Assembly: GCA_963801695.1 (NCBI GenBank)
Contig: CAWDFV010000001.1
Coordinates: 206,335 to 270,334, forward strand
Direction: 5' to 3'
Source: an uncultured Acidimicrobiaceae bacterium
GTDB lineage: Bacteria > Actinomycetota > Acidimicrobiia > Acidimicrobiales > RAAP-2
Length of the DNA: 64,000 bases
A program made the translations under genes and the position numbers. The notes beneath the pieces were generated by a model. The model saw only the letters and a list, made by a program, of their open reading frames with translations. It had not been told where the DNA came from and did not search any database. Of this stretch, positions 53,422 through 64,000 are shown piece by piece. How positions within the stretch are numbered: the first letter of the stretch is position 1; each line of letters opens with the position of its first letter.

Positions 53422-54255
53422 GTGTCGCCGCTGATACTCACCGTGCTCATCGCCGCTGTGGCGTGCGCGTTCGCCTGGTTCGCGTCACTCGTCACGGGTG
53501 ACACCTCGTGGGTCGACCGGATGTGGTCGATCGTGCCGGTGATCTACGTGTGGGTCTTTGCCGGCGCGGCCCATCTGCATGACGCGCGCTTGGACGTGAT
53601 GGCCGCGCTGGTGAGCGTGTGGGGTGTTCGACTCACGTACAATTTCGCGCGCAAGGGTGGCTACCGCGGCGTCGAGGACTACCGCTGGGCGGTGCTGCGA
53701 TCCTCCATGCAACCGTGGCAGTTCCAACTGTTCAACCTGTTCTTCATCGTGCTCTACCAAAACGCGCTGCTGGTATTGATAGCGCTGCCGGCCTGGACCG
53801 TCTCTCAACACCGAGCGACCTCCTTCGGCGCCGTGGACTATCTCTTGACGGTGCTGTTCCTCGTATTCACCGTGGGCGAGACCGTTGCCGACCAACAACA
53901 GTGGAACTTCCATCAGTGGAAACAGGCCGAGGTCGGGGCCGGTCGAGAGCCGAGTCCTCGTTTCTTGCAACGGGGACTCTTTCACTACTCGCGCCACCCG
54001 AACTACTTCTTCGAACTCGCGCAGTGGTGGGTGATCTTCCTCTTCGGCGTGGTCGCCGCGCGGTCGGTTCTGGAGTGGACCATCGTCGGACCGTTCCTCT
54101 TGACGTTGCTGTTCGTCGGGTCGACGAGGTTCACCGAGAAGATCTCACTGTCGCACTACCCCGAGTACGAACTCTTTCAACGTTCGACGTCGGCGGTGAT
54201 CCCGTGGTTCGCTCGCAGCGTCACGGTCGTGCAGGTCCCGGACAACTCGCGGTGA
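53422..54255 (+). CDS. DUF1295 (steroid 5-alpha reductase-like) membrane protein
   Basis: SWVDRMWS, WGVRLTYN, EDYRW, ETVADQQQ, GLFHYSRHPNYF. Confidence 0.9.
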   Translation: MSPLILTVLIAAVACAFAWFASLVTGDTSWVDRMWSIVPVIYVWVFAGAAHLHDARLDVMAALVSVWGVRLTYNFARKGGYRGVEDYRWAVLRSSMQPWQFQLFNLFFIVLYQNALLVLIALPAWTVSQHRATSFGAVDYLLTVLFLVFTVGETVADQQQWNFHQWKQAEVGAGREPSPRFLQRGLFHYSRHPNYFFELAQWWVIFLFGVVAARSVLEWTIVGPFLLTLLFVGSTRFTEKISLSHYPEYELFQRSTSAVIPWFARSVTVVQVPDNSR

Positions 54256-54295
54256 CGGCCCGAAGGTCGCGAAGGCGCTTCACTACACTTTCATC

Positions 54296-55223
54296 GTGAG
54301 ACCGCAAAAGATCATCCTCTATTACGGCTTCACGCCCCTCGACGACGCGGACGCCATTCGGCTCTGGCAACGAACGCTCTGCGAGCAACTCTCGTTGAAG
54401 GGACGGATACTGATCTCGCGCCACGGCATCAACGGCACGCTCGGCGGCGACCTCGACGATCTACGCCGCTACGTCGCGGCGACCCGTGAGTTCCCCGGGT
54501 TTCGAACGATCGACTTCAAGTGGTCCGAGGGATCCGCGCGAGGACTTCCCTCGCCTTCGCGTACGCGTGCGCGACGAGATCGTGTCCTTTGGCGCAAGCG
54601 ACGAGTTGTCGGTGGACGAACGCGGAGTCCTCGGCGGCGGCGTGCGTCTCTCGCCGCACGACGTCCACGATCTGGTCGCCGAACGCAGTGCGGACGTCGT
54701 GTTCTTCGACGCGCGCAATGCCTTCGAGGCGGCGATCGGACGATTCCGGGACGCGGTCGTGCCCGACGTGGGCGCCACGCGCGACTTCGCGGCGTTGCTC
54801 GACAGTGGCCGCTACGACCACCTGAAAGCCAAGGCGATCGTCACGTACTGCACTGGCGGCGTGCGGTGCGAAGTGCTCTCGGCACTCATGAGGCGACGCG
54901 GCTTCGACGAGGTCTATCAATTGGACGGCGGGATCGCTCGCTACGGCGAGGCGTTCGGTGACGACGGTCTGTGGGAGGGATCGCTCTACCTCTTCGACGC
55001 CCGTATGCATCACGAGTTCAGTGATCACTCGAAAGTGCTCGGGACCTGCGAGCGCTGCGCCGCACCGACGAGTCAGTACCACAACTGTGCCAACCTGGCG
55101 TGTCGCAAGCTCATCCTCCTCTGCGCGAGATGTGCGCTGGACAACGTGAGCACGAACTGCTCGCCGCTCCACGAGAGTTCGACCGCCGCCATGGCCGACG
55201 GCCTCGCCGATCAAAGCGTCTGA
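54296..55223 (+). CDS. trhO: Rhodanese-related tRNA uridine(34) hydroxylase (frameshift near 54535)
   Basis: [50 protein letters not shown]. Confidence 0.85.
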
Positions 55224-55228
55224 AACAA

Positions 55229-55261
55229 AGATCCTCCGGCGAGTTCATCGCCGGAGGATCT
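55229..55261. terminator. Intrinsic terminator hairpin between convergent genes
   Basis: 14-bp stem AGATCCTCCGGCGA / TCGCCGGAGGATCT with a 5-nt loop; T-rich tail on the minus strand. Confidence 0.85.
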
Positions 55262-55283
55262 CATTATCGGGTACTGCGAACTG

Positions 55284-56897
55284 TTAGATACGACCGTGAC
55301 CTGTGGGACTGTGATGTCCGCCCAGCTTCTTCACGGGGCCGCCGATGGGACTAAAAGGACCATGAAGGAGGCCGGCTCCGATACTCACCGTGAGAGCGTC
55401 CAGGGTATTCGCGCTCGAGCCGAGCACACCGACCGCGCTGATGACCGCACCGGTAGTGATGGCGCCGAGCGATGAGGCCGCGCCGCCCAGGGTGTAGGTG
55501 GTGACACCGGTCGTGACGTCAACCGAGAGTGACGTGTTGTGGAAGGCGGTGATCGAGATCACGTTGCTGCTCACACCGGTGACGGTGCCGGTCCAGCGCA
55601 CCAGGCAGATGGTCACCTTGGTGACCGTCGGGGATGAGCCCGTGGTCAGGTCGAGGTTGACGCGGTCACCGACCACGAGGTCCGTGGCGACGCCGGCGGT
55701 CTTGCCTTCGAAGTAGGTGGTCGTGCCGGGGACGGTGGTGTAGGTCGTCGTGGTGCCGTGACGACCCTTCAGGGTGATCGAGTTGGTGCCCAGCGTGCTG
55801 ACGACGCCACTGACGTGGGTGACAACATGCGGCGCAAAGATGTTCACGGAGTTGGCGTCCAGGGTATTCGCGCTCGAGCCGAGCACACCGACCGCGCTGA
55901 TGACCGCACCGGTAGTGATGGCGCCGAGCGATGAGGCCGCGCCGCCCAGGGTGTAGGTGGTGACACCGGTCGTGACGTCAACCGAGAGTGACGTGTTGTG
56001 GAAGGCGGTGATCGAGATCACGTTGCTGCTCACACCGGTGACGGTGCCGGTCCAGCGCACCAGGCAGATGGTCACCTTGGTGACCGTCGGGGATGAGCCC
56101 GTGGTCAGGTCGAGGTTGACGCGGTCACCGACCACGAGGTCCGTGGCGACGCCGGCGGTCTTGCCTTCGAAGTAGGTGGTCGTGCCGGGGACGGTGGTGT
56201 AGGTCGTCGTGGTGCCGTGACGACCCTTCAGGGTGATCGAGTTGGTGCCGAACGTGCTGACGACGCCACTGACGTGGGTGACAACATGCGGCGCAAAGAT
56301 GTTCACGGAGTTGGCGTCCAGGGTATTCGCGCTCGAGCCGAGCACACCGACCGCGCTGATGACCGCACCGGTAGTGATGGCGCCGAGCGATGAGGCCGCG
56401 CCGCCCAGGGTGTAGGTGGTGACACCGGTCGTGACGTCAACCGAGAGTGACGTGTTGTGGAAGGCGGTGATCGAGATCACGTTGCTGCTCACACCGGTGA
56501 CGGTGCCGGTCCAGCGCACCAGGCAGATGGTCACCTTGGTGACCGTCGGGGATGAGCCCGTGGTCAGGTCGAGGTTGACGCGGTCACCGACCACGAGGTC
56601 CGTGGCGACGCCGGCGGTCTTGCCTTCGAAGTAGGTGGTCGTGCCGGGGACGGTGGTGTAGGTCGTCGTGGTGCCGTGACGACCCTTCAGGGTGATCGAG
56701 TTGGTGCCGAGCGTGCTGACGACGCCACTGGCTTCGTTCGACTGAGGACCGTTGTCACGGGGCGAGATGTTGGTGTAACCGCGGTCGTGCGACCTCGATC
56801 CAGCGAGTGCTACGCCTGCAGTACCGAACGCGAGCGCGAGGCATACGGCGCCTGCGGCCGCTCCGCGCAATACGCGAGTTGACTTAGTTGTAGACAT
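55284..56897 (-). CDS. Secreted Thr/Gly/Val-rich repeat protein (DUF5666-like OB-fold repeats)
   Basis: Signal peptide ending ALA; units G.V..L....ITL...T.Y......DL.VGD.V; AAAGGG RBS. Confidence 0.75.
   Translation of the reverse strand: MSTTKSTRVLRGAAAGAVCLALAFGTAGVALAGSRSHDRGYTNISPRDNGPQSNEASGVVSTLGTNSITLKGRHGTTTTYTTVPGTTTYFEGKTAGVATDLVVGDRVNLDLTTGSSPTVTKVTICLVRWTGTVTGVSSNVISITAFHNTSLSVDVTTGVTTYTLGGAASSLGAITTGAVISAVGVLGSSANTLDANSVNIFAPHVVTHVSGVVSTFGTNSITLKGRHGTTTTYTTVPGTTTYFEGKTAGVATDLVVGDRVNLDLTTGSSPTVTKVTICLVRWTGTVTGVSSNVISITAFHNTSLSVDVTTGVTTYTLGGAASSLGAITTGAVISAVGVLGSSANTLDANSVNIFAPHVVTHVSGVVSTLGTNSITLKGRHGTTTTYTTVPGTTTYFEGKTAGVATDLVVGDRVNLDLTTGSSPTVTKVTICLVRWTGTVTGVSSNVISITAFHNTSLSVDVTTGVTTYTLGGAASSLGAITTGAVISAVGVLGSSANTLDALTVSIGAGLLHGPFSPIGGPVKKLGGHHSPTGHGRI
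55396..56730. repeat. 459-bp tandem repeat, about 2.9 near-identical copies
   Basis: Same sequence at 55396, 55855 and 56314; identical shadow ORFs at 55498/55957/56416. Confidence 0.97.
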
Positions 56898-57102
56898 GAT
56901 TGTGTGCCCTTTCGTGACGCTCACCGAGTGCAGTGAGGACATCTCCAAGTATCGCGCGCGTATTTGTGAAATCTCTGTGAGGCCACTGTGGATTGCCACA
57001 ACTCGGCGTTGCCGTCGTCATCAACTCGTAACACACACCGTTACCATTTCGTAACATCGCTGACCCGCTCAAGTACGGCCCCCGTCCGCGTTCTGTGGCG
57101 TC

Positions 57103-58159
57103 TCACCGGGGTTCGTACCACTCGACGGTGACCGAAAGGTCGCTGCGGGTTTCGACCTCGCGCGACTCCTGTCGTGCGGCGTGGCGCGTCCAGAGGAGGG
57201 CGACGACGACGAGCGCCAGGCCGAGGATGAAGGCGCCCAGCGCGGTACTGGCGCTGTGCAGGTACACGGCGAAGGTCCGAAAATCGAACATGAAGAATCC
57301 AAGGGCGCCGATCACGATGATGGGGGGCCGCTCCAGGACGAACCCGATGCCGACCGCGCAGAGTGCCGAAACGACACCGAGGAGGACACCGCCGAGGTGG
57401 TTCGGGAATGAAAGGGCGAACGCGCCGACGAAACTCCCGATCTCCGCGACGACGATCCCGGTGCGCGCCGGGCGAAGCATCTGCAGGCTCATGAGACCCA
57501 GGGCGATCGCGGAGAACCATGCGAACAACGCCGCTTCACTCGGCGTGGGGTGCAGTCGGGCGACGGTGTCAATCGCGCCGAGCGTCAACGCCACTCCGAG
57601 GAGGGTGCTCAGGAACTGCAGCGGGCGATCACGATTGCGCCAGAGCGCCGCACTCAACGCGAGCACGACGACGCCGACGCAGAGCAGGGTGAGACCGTGG
57701 TGGCCCACGGCGGCCGGTCCGATGATGACGGCCGTCATCATCGCCGCCCCGGCCGTACCGATGAGCTGAAGGAAACCGCTGAGGCGCCGAGCGCCGGCGT
57801 CACCGTACTGGCCGACCACGACACCGCCGAACAGTCCCGCCACGGCTGAACAGCACCGCGGCGCACGTGTGGCCGGCGACCCCGAGTCGGTTCCAGTAGT
57901 TGCCGAGGAACAACACCGAAGCGAAGCCCACGACCACGATGCCGAGATACGACGCCGCCTCGACCACGCGCGACAGCGCCGGTCGGCTCGAGTCGTGCGC
58001 AGTACTTGACGACGTGCCCTCGACCGACTCCAGCGCGAGAATCTCCTCGCCCTGCTCGGTGCTCACGATACCGGCGTCGACCCAGCGCTGGACCTTCGTG
58101 CGCCACTGGTCGGCGGGCTCGGCCCAACGGCGCGCGCCGCGCTTCAGGTCGTCCGACAT
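57103..58159 (-). CDS. DUF2157-like membrane protein (frameshift near 57845)
   Basis: RWVDAGIVSTEQGEEILALE, EAASYLG, many TM segments. Confidence 0.75.
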
Positions 58160-58205
58160 GTCCCCTGGTCGATTCCGGTCACGAGAACCTCCGAGAGAGA
58201 ATTTA

Positions 58206-59951
58206 CTAGTCGGCCAACGGGACCATTATTTCGTTGGGTTCATTGGTCTTCTCGACGTAGACGTACTTCCCGCCGCGCAGCCACGAGCATCCGGCGGCCA
58301 AGAGACAGGCCAGCACCGCGGAGTCACACGCCGCGTGCAGACCATTGTGGAACGGCTTCGTGATTATCGACGGGAAGAAGCTCCGCTTCGCGAGCGCCAA
58401 CTGCGTGTGCGTCGGCAGGGCGGCGATCACGTGCGGACTCAACAGATGCTCGAGCGGGTTGTAGCCGAGGAACGACGCGAAGAGCGTCGACACCGGCGGC
58501 AACGCGGCGACGCGGCGCGCGTCGACGAGCGGCACGCCGACCGAGGTGAGTCCGTGCAACACCGACGCGGGCAGCGTGGAGGAGAGTCCAATGATCATCA
58601 GGGTGAAGAAGATGCCGATCGAGAGCACCTGGCCGGAGTTCTGGAACGTCGAGTTCATGCCCGAGCCGACGCCACGGTGTTGGCGCGGCAGGCTGTTCAT
58701 CACGCCCGCGCGGTTCGGCGCGGCGAAGGCGCCCATGGCCAGTCCGTTCAGCAGCAACAACGCGCCGAACTCGTAGTAGTTGAAGTCGACCGGCAGTAGT
58801 TCGAGCAAGAAGAAGGAGAGCGCCGCGACCAGCATGCCGACCGTAGCGAAGGGGCGCGAGCCGAACCGGTCCGACAGCGCGCCCGAGACCGGACCGGCGA
58901 TCAAGAAGCCGAGCGTCAAGGGCAGCATCGCGATGCCGGCCCACAACGGCGTTCGCGCGAAGTCATAGCCGTGAAGAGGCAGCCAGATCCCCTGCAACCA
59001 GATCACGAGCATGAACATCAACCCACCGCGCCCGACCGAGGCGAGAAAACTGGAGATACTGCCCGCACTGAAGGCCCGGATGCGGAACAGCGAGAGCCGG
59101 AACATCGGGTCCGGTGAGCGTCGCTCGACCTGCGTGAAGACGAAGAGCAGCGCCACCCCACCGACGAGGGCCGAGAGCACGAGGGGGCTCAGCCACCCCA
59201 TCGTGCGACCCCCGTACGGTTGGATCCCGTAGGTGATGCCGATCATGATCGCGATCAGTCCGAGCGCGAAGGTGATGTTGCCGGGCCAGTCGATGTTCGT
59301 GTCGGCGTGTCGCGGGATCTCCTTCAACTTGCGATACGCCCAGACCGTGCCGAAGAGTCCGATCGGGACCGAGACGATGAAGATCAGTCGCCACTGAATC
59401 GGTGCGAGGATCCCGCCGAGGACGAGACCGATGAACGAACCGCTGATGCCCGCGATCTGATTGATCCCGAGCGCCATGCCGCGTTGGTGTTCGGGAAAGG
59501 CGTCGGTGAGGATCGCCGAAGAGTTGGCGATGAGGATCGCCGCCCCGACGCCCTGAAAGATGCGCATGATGACGAGATAGAGCGCCGCCGCCGTGCCCGA
59601 CATCCAGGTCACGCTGAGCAACAACGAGAAGAAGGTGTAGACGACGAAGCCCAGGTTGTAGAGCCGAACCCGGCCGTACATGTCGCCGAGGCGACCGAAC
59701 GTCACGACAAGAACGCTGGTGACGACCATGAAGCCGAGGATCATCCAAAGCAGGTAGAAACTGTTGCCGGGCAATAGCGGGTCGAGGTGGATGCCGGTGA
59801 AGATGTCGGGCAGTGCGATCAACATGATCGAGATGTCGATGGTCGCCATCAACATGCCGAGCGTCGTGTTGGAGAGTACGACCCACTTGTAGCGGTCGTT
59901 CGTCTGGTCGGTCGACCCCTCTTGCGATGAAAGGTCGGTGCCGGCCACCAC
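58206..59951 (-). CDS. DHA2-type MFS transporter
   Basis: YKWVVLSNTTLGMLMATID, GRLGDMYGR, GIWLPLHGY, FLGYNP. Confidence 0.9.
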   Translation of the reverse strand: MVAGTDLSSQEGSTDQTNDRYKWVVLSNTTLGMLMATIDISIMLIALPDIFTGIHLDPLLPGNSFYLLWMILGFMVVTSVLVVTFGRLGDMYGRVRLYNLGFVVYTFFSLLLSVTWMSGTAAALYLVIMRIFQGVGAAILIANSSAILTDAFPEHQRGMALGINQIAGISGSFIGLVLGGILAPIQWRLIFIVSVPIGLFGTVWAYRKLKEIPRHADTNIDWPGNITFALGLIAIMIGITYGIQPYGGRTMGWLSPLVLSALVGGVALLFVFTQVERRSPDPMFRLSLFRIRAFSAGSISSFLASVGRGGLMFMLVIWLQGIWLPLHGYDFARTPLWAGIAMLPLTLGFLIAGPVSGALSDRFGSRPFATVGMLVAALSFFLLELLPVDFNYYEFGALLLLNGLAMGAFAAPNRAGVMNSLPRQHRGVGSGMNSTFQNSGQVLSIGIFFTLMIIGLSSTLPASVLHGLTSVGVPLVDARRVAALPPVSTLFASFLGYNPLEHLLSPHVIAALPTHTQLALAKRSFFPSIITKPFHNGLHAACDSAVLACLLAAGCSWLRGGKYVYVEKTNEPNEIMVPLAD

Positions 59952-60217
59952 TAACTCTCGAGGAGCGTCGCTGGCACGCTGTCGAGCGACCGAAGTATCG
60001 CCAGTGCCAACTCGCGCGCCGAATCGGCGTTCAGTTCGATGCCGACGCGCGAACTCGGTCCGAGCGACGGGTTGATTACGTCAACCATCAGCGCGTGGCC
60101 GGCACCGAAGTGCACGGGGTGGTCGTAGTAGATCGTGGCGTCGGTCGCGCGGAACCACCCGTCGGCACCCTTGGCGCTGCCGGTCACCGTGATTCGTTCT
60201 GTTTCGTAGGTGCACAT
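59951..60217 (-). CDS. DUF6295-like small protein
   Basis: MCTY...GSAKG..GWF...DHPVH...HAL...RV..EL...SAR.LA. Confidence 0.75.
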   Translation of the reverse strand: MCTYETERITVTGSAKGADGWFRATDATIYYDHPVHFGAGHALMVDVINPSLGPSSRVGIELNADSARELALAILRSLDSVPATLLES

Positions 60218-60223
60218 GGCGAT

Positions 60224-60973
60224 CTACTTCGTGCCCGAGAGGTGCTGGCCGTAGAACTTCCAGATCTCGCCCCACGCCTCGGTCGCGACCTCGGGGCGAT
60301 ACGACGGGCGATCGACCGCGAAGAACGCGTGTCCCGCACCCTCGTACTCGTGGAAGTCGAAGTCCTTGCCGTCTTTGGTCAAGAGCTCGCGAAGGGTCTC
60401 CGTCTGTTCGGGCGACGGGTACTGGTCCTCGAGACCGAAGAGTCCAAGCAAGGGACAGGAGAGGTTGGGCAGGAGCGGCACGATCGACGTCGCCTTCATG
60501 CCCGTCGCCGCGGGAGGGTCCATGACGACGAAGGCGCCGTAGCAGTCGACCGCGGCTTCGAGCTGCAGACTGCACGCGGCGAGCACCGACTGACGTCCGC
60601 CCGAGCAGTAGCCGATGACGCCGACCTTCTGATTCGAGTTGTCCAACGCGCGCAAGTAGCTGGCCGCCGCGCCGACGTCGCCGACGAGTCGCTCGTCCGG
60701 CACCCCACCCTGGGCTCGGGCGGCCGCCGCGGCGTCGTCGGCACTCGCGTCGGGCGACTCGCGGTAGTAGAGGTTGACGCAGATCGCGTTGTAGCCATTG
60801 GCGCCGAACTTCCTGACGATCTCTTTGGTCGCCTCGTCATAGCCCGGGAAGTGGTGGATGACGACGACCCCGCCGACCTTCTCATCGGCTTCGGTGGTCG
60901 CCAGATAGGCCTCCACTGACTCACCGTCGAAGGAGTCGAAGTAGATGGTTTCGGCACGCAGGTTTGACGTCAT
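60224..60973 (-). CDS. Dienelactone hydrolase family protein (different subfamily from 50677)
   Basis: GVVVIHH.PG, GYCSGG, FGLED..PS, AGHAFF. Confidence 0.9.
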   Translation of the reverse strand: MTSNLRAETIYFDSFDGESVEAYLATTEADEKVGGVVVIHHFPGYDEATKEIVRKFGANGYNAICVNLYYRESPDASADDAAAAARAQGGVPDERLVGDVGAAASYLRALDNSNQKVGVIGYCSGGRQSVLAACSLQLEAAVDCYGAFVVMDPPAATGMKATSIVPLLPNLSCPLLGLFGLEDQYPSPEQTETLRELLTKDGKDFDFHEYEGAGHAFFAVDRPSYRPEVATEAWGEIWKFYGQHLSGTK

Positions 60974-61028
60974 GAGACCGCTTTCTCTGGATTTTCATCT
61001 CAGTGTACCGAGGTTGAAACGAGTCAAT

Positions 61029-62958
61029 TCAGGGAAGGACGATCTCGAATCCGAACTCGAACACGTCCAACAAATCCGCCAGCGTTCGAAGTCCCGCCAC
61101 GTCACCCGTCACCGCGAAGTCCTCGCGGGTGAGCAACTCGTCGAAGTTTTGGGAGCCGGTCGCGAAGAGCGCGAAGGCCTCGACGGAGCTGACGACGCCG
61201 ACCGAGCCAACGCCTCGCGCGTCGCGACGCGCGTGCAAGACACCGTGGCGCACACCAAAGTTCCAGCGTTCGTCGCCGCGGTCCGCGATGACGAGCTCGA
61301 CCTCGAGATCGAACTGCGCCGACCGCGGACCATTGAGCCGCACGCCGATGAGATCGAGCAGCAGTTCCGGCGTCATCGAGCGCACGATCCCGGCGCCCAG
61401 GGCGTTGCCCGTGACACCCTTCAAGACCGTGCCGTTCGATCGGAGTTCCATCGCGCCACTCAGATAGAAGTCACGCCACGGCCCGGACTCACTCTGGAAG
61501 CCGAGTTGTTCGAGCGCGTCGGCCTGCAGGAGTCGCGCCGTCTCATTCTCGGGGTCAGCGAAGACGACGTGATTGACCACTTCGACGACCCATCGATAGT
61601 CGCCTTCGGCGAAGGACGCTCGGGCCCGTTCCAGTACGGCGTCGGCACCGCCCATGAACGTCACGTAGCGCGTCGCCGCCTCGACCGGCGGGTGCGGATT
61701 GAGGTGCGCTGGGTTGCCGTCGAACCAACCGAGGTAGCGCTGGTAGACGGCTTTGGCGTTGTGCGAGAGCGTTCCGTAGTAGCCGCGGTTGAAGAACTCG
61801 TCGCCCAGTCCCGCGGGCAGCACGAGTTCTTCGGCGATCTCGTTCATCGTGCGACCGTGGTTCGCCAGTCGAAGCGTCTGGTCGTGCACGTAGCGATAGG
61901 CGTCACGTTGACTCGCCAGATAGGCCGAGAGATCGGCCTGACCCCACCGGGGCCAGTGGTGGCTCGCGAAGAGGACGTCGCACTGGTCGGCGTAGAGCTC
62001 GAGCGACTGGTCGATGTACTTGCTCCACATCAGGGCGTCACGTACTTGGGCACCGCGAAGCGTGTAGACGTTGTGTTGGTTCGCCGTGCAGTTCTCGGCC
62101 ATGCACAGGGCGCGTTCTTCGGGAACGAAGATGTTCATCTCGGCCGGCGCCTCGGTGCCGGGCGTCATCTGAAAGACGAGACGCACGCCGTCCACGATCA
62201 ACTCCTCGCCGGTGGCGGTGACCTCGTGCGTGGGCGCGATGAGCGCGACGCTCGGCAACGCGGGCATCCCCTTGCCGAGACCGGTGTCCACGTGACCCTG
62301 CGCGTCCTTGGGCAGCAGTACGCCGTACATATACATGGCGCGGCGGATCATGACCGTGCCGGCGAGCACGTTCTCGCTGATCGCCGCGTCGAGGAAGCCC
62401 TGGGGCGCGATCACGACGCGCGCGGCCCTCGACGACGTCGTCATCGCCCAGTACACCGTGGACGCCGCCGAAGTGATCGGTGTGGCTGTGGGTGTAGATC
62501 ACCGCGCGCACGGGTCGCTCACCGAGGTGTTCGTTCACCAGTGCCAGCGCCGCTCGCGCGGTCTCTTCGGACGTGAGTGGATCGATGACGATCCAACCGG
62601 TGTCACCGGAGATGAACGTCACGTTCGAGATGTCCATACCGCGCACCTGGAAGATGGACGGCGTCACTTCGAAGAGGCCGGCGATGTTGTTGAGCCGTCC
62701 CTGTCGCCACAGACTGGGATTCACCGTGCTGGGCGGGACAATCGTGTCCGGATCATCCAAGAACGCGTACGCGTCGAGGTCCCAGAGCACCTGACCGAAG
62801 CGGCCGGGCACTTGGCGCGGCGCGCCGGGCGCGATCATCCCGCGCGTGGCGCGCTCGAAGTCGCTCACCGACGCCGACGCCAGCGACTCGAGCACCAACC
62901 GTTGCACTTCTTCCGTGGAGTCGCTCGCCAACTTGCGTTCGGGCGTCGCGTCGTCCAT
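61029..62958 (-). CDS. Alkyl/aryl sulfatase (SdsA1-like metallo-beta-lactamase fold), frameshift near 62425
   Basis: IYTHSHTDHFGG, TPGTEAPAE, HNVYTLRGAQVRD, SHHWP, RGYYG, SCP2-like C-terminus. Confidence 0.9.
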
Positions 62959-63051
62959 GGCGCCTCCTTCGACGTTTCGCAGTCCACCCTATACAGGGGT
63001 CCGCCGACAGTTTCGTCGACCGACGTGCGCCGGACACCCTAGATTCACGTC

Positions 63052-64000
63052 ATGACACAATCGCGACGTCCACTTTCCGGACAAGTTTCTCTGGGGCACC
63101 TCCACGTCGGGCTATCAGACCGAGGGCGGCGGCGACAACACCGACTGGTGGCGTTACGAACGCGCCGAAGGAACGCACTGCGAGGAAGTGAGCGGCGATG
63201 CGTGTGACTCGTGGAATCGTTACGAACAGGACCTCGACCTCATCGTCGAGTTGGGACTCAACTCCTATCGGCTCTCGGTCGAGTGGGCGCGAATCGAACC
63301 GCAACGCGGGGTGATCGATGCCGACGCGCTGGCGCACTATCGCCTCATGCTCGAAGCCTGTCACGCCCGCAACATTCTTCCGGTCGTCACGCTGCACCAC
63401 TTCACGCTCCCCCTGTGGGTCGCCGATCTCGGCGGCTTCGAGTGCCCCGAGATCGCGTCACTCATGGCGCGCTACGCCCTCGTCGTCGGCGACGCGTTGG
63501 GCGACCTCATCGGTGTCGCGTGCACGGTGAACGAACCCAACATCGTCGCCTTGATGGGCTATCTCATCGGTGCCTTTCCGCCGGCGCAGAGTGATTGGCA
63601 ACGATTCTCCGACGTCAACGTCACGATGCGCGCGTGTCACGTCGCGATGCGTGACGCGCTGCGATCACTTCCCGGCCACTACCCGATCGGCATGCCGCTC
63701 TCGATGAACGAGTACGAGGCGCTGCCCGGTGGCGAGGAGTTGGTGCAGTCGTTCCGCCACGAGATGGAAGACGAGTACCTTCGCGCCGTCGGCGACGACG
63801 ACTACCTCGGTGTGCAGTGCTACACGAAGATCATCATCGGGCCGGAGGGTCGGATCGCCCACCCCGACGGCGAAGTCACGGAGATGGGGTATCTCTTCTG
63901 GCCTCAGAGCGTGGAGTACACCATCCGACGTGCCGCGTCGATGGTCGACATCCCGATCATCATGACCGAGAACGGTATCGGCACCAACGATGACGAGCAA
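63052..64000 (+). CDS. Glycoside hydrolase family 1 beta-glucosidase, 3' end outside window (frameshift just after ATG)
   Basis: Manual translation: FPDKFLWGTSTSGYQTEG, YRLSVEWARIEP, TLHHFTLP, TVNEP, IMTENG. Confidence 0.9.

Noticed and set aside
55396-56730. Possible CRISPR array or mobile repeat
   Set aside because: Units are 459 bp, contiguous, in frame and have no spacers; this is a coding domain repeat.
60224-60973. Second DLH gene as a source of the island repeats
   Set aside because: Different subfamily (GYCSGG versus GMCLTGG), with no SVVPFALEG start or AGATCGG motif.
60945-62576. 543-aa plus-strand ORF and other long antisense ORFs (e.g. 9030-10193, 16310-17569, 30110-31282 alternate frame)
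   Set aside because: Shadow frames of real genes, typical of high-GC DNA, with no motifs.

Overview
High-GC bacterial chromosomal segment. Gene content suggests Actinomycetota, possibly Acidimicrobiia (inference). It is almost entirely accessory and stress genes: a sulfonate-type ABC transporter with an NtaA/DszA-family monooxygenase, several TetR/MarR/ArsR regulator modules paired with MFS or other enzymes and often showing visible operator palindromes, Lon protease behind a CIRCE element, an alkylation-repair cluster (ada-alkA, ogt, ATL), orphan secreted proteins, trhO, an alkyl sulfatase and a GH1 glycosidase. About 16 genes carry small frameshifts, most likely long-read indel errors. The most unusual structure is a ~17 kb patchwork island (33.4-50.7 kb) punctuated by four diverged, same-orientation copies of the 5' end of one dienelactone-hydrolase gene. 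Each copy has (G)AGATCGG 15 nt before the start codon, and only the last is intact. No integrase or transposase is visible in the window. The cargo between the copies includes a chimeric DLH-TetR ORF, a double-TetR protein, a 23-aa membrane microprotein, a putative stress/sugar-oxidation cluster (GH15, enolase, GMC, G2DH subunit 3, membrane protein, ThDP enzyme, SDR), a decapitated katE and a low-GC Gfo/Idh/MocA pair. Also notable is a secreted protein built from three near-identical 459-bp repeats. No rRNA, tRNA or CRISPR array was recognised.
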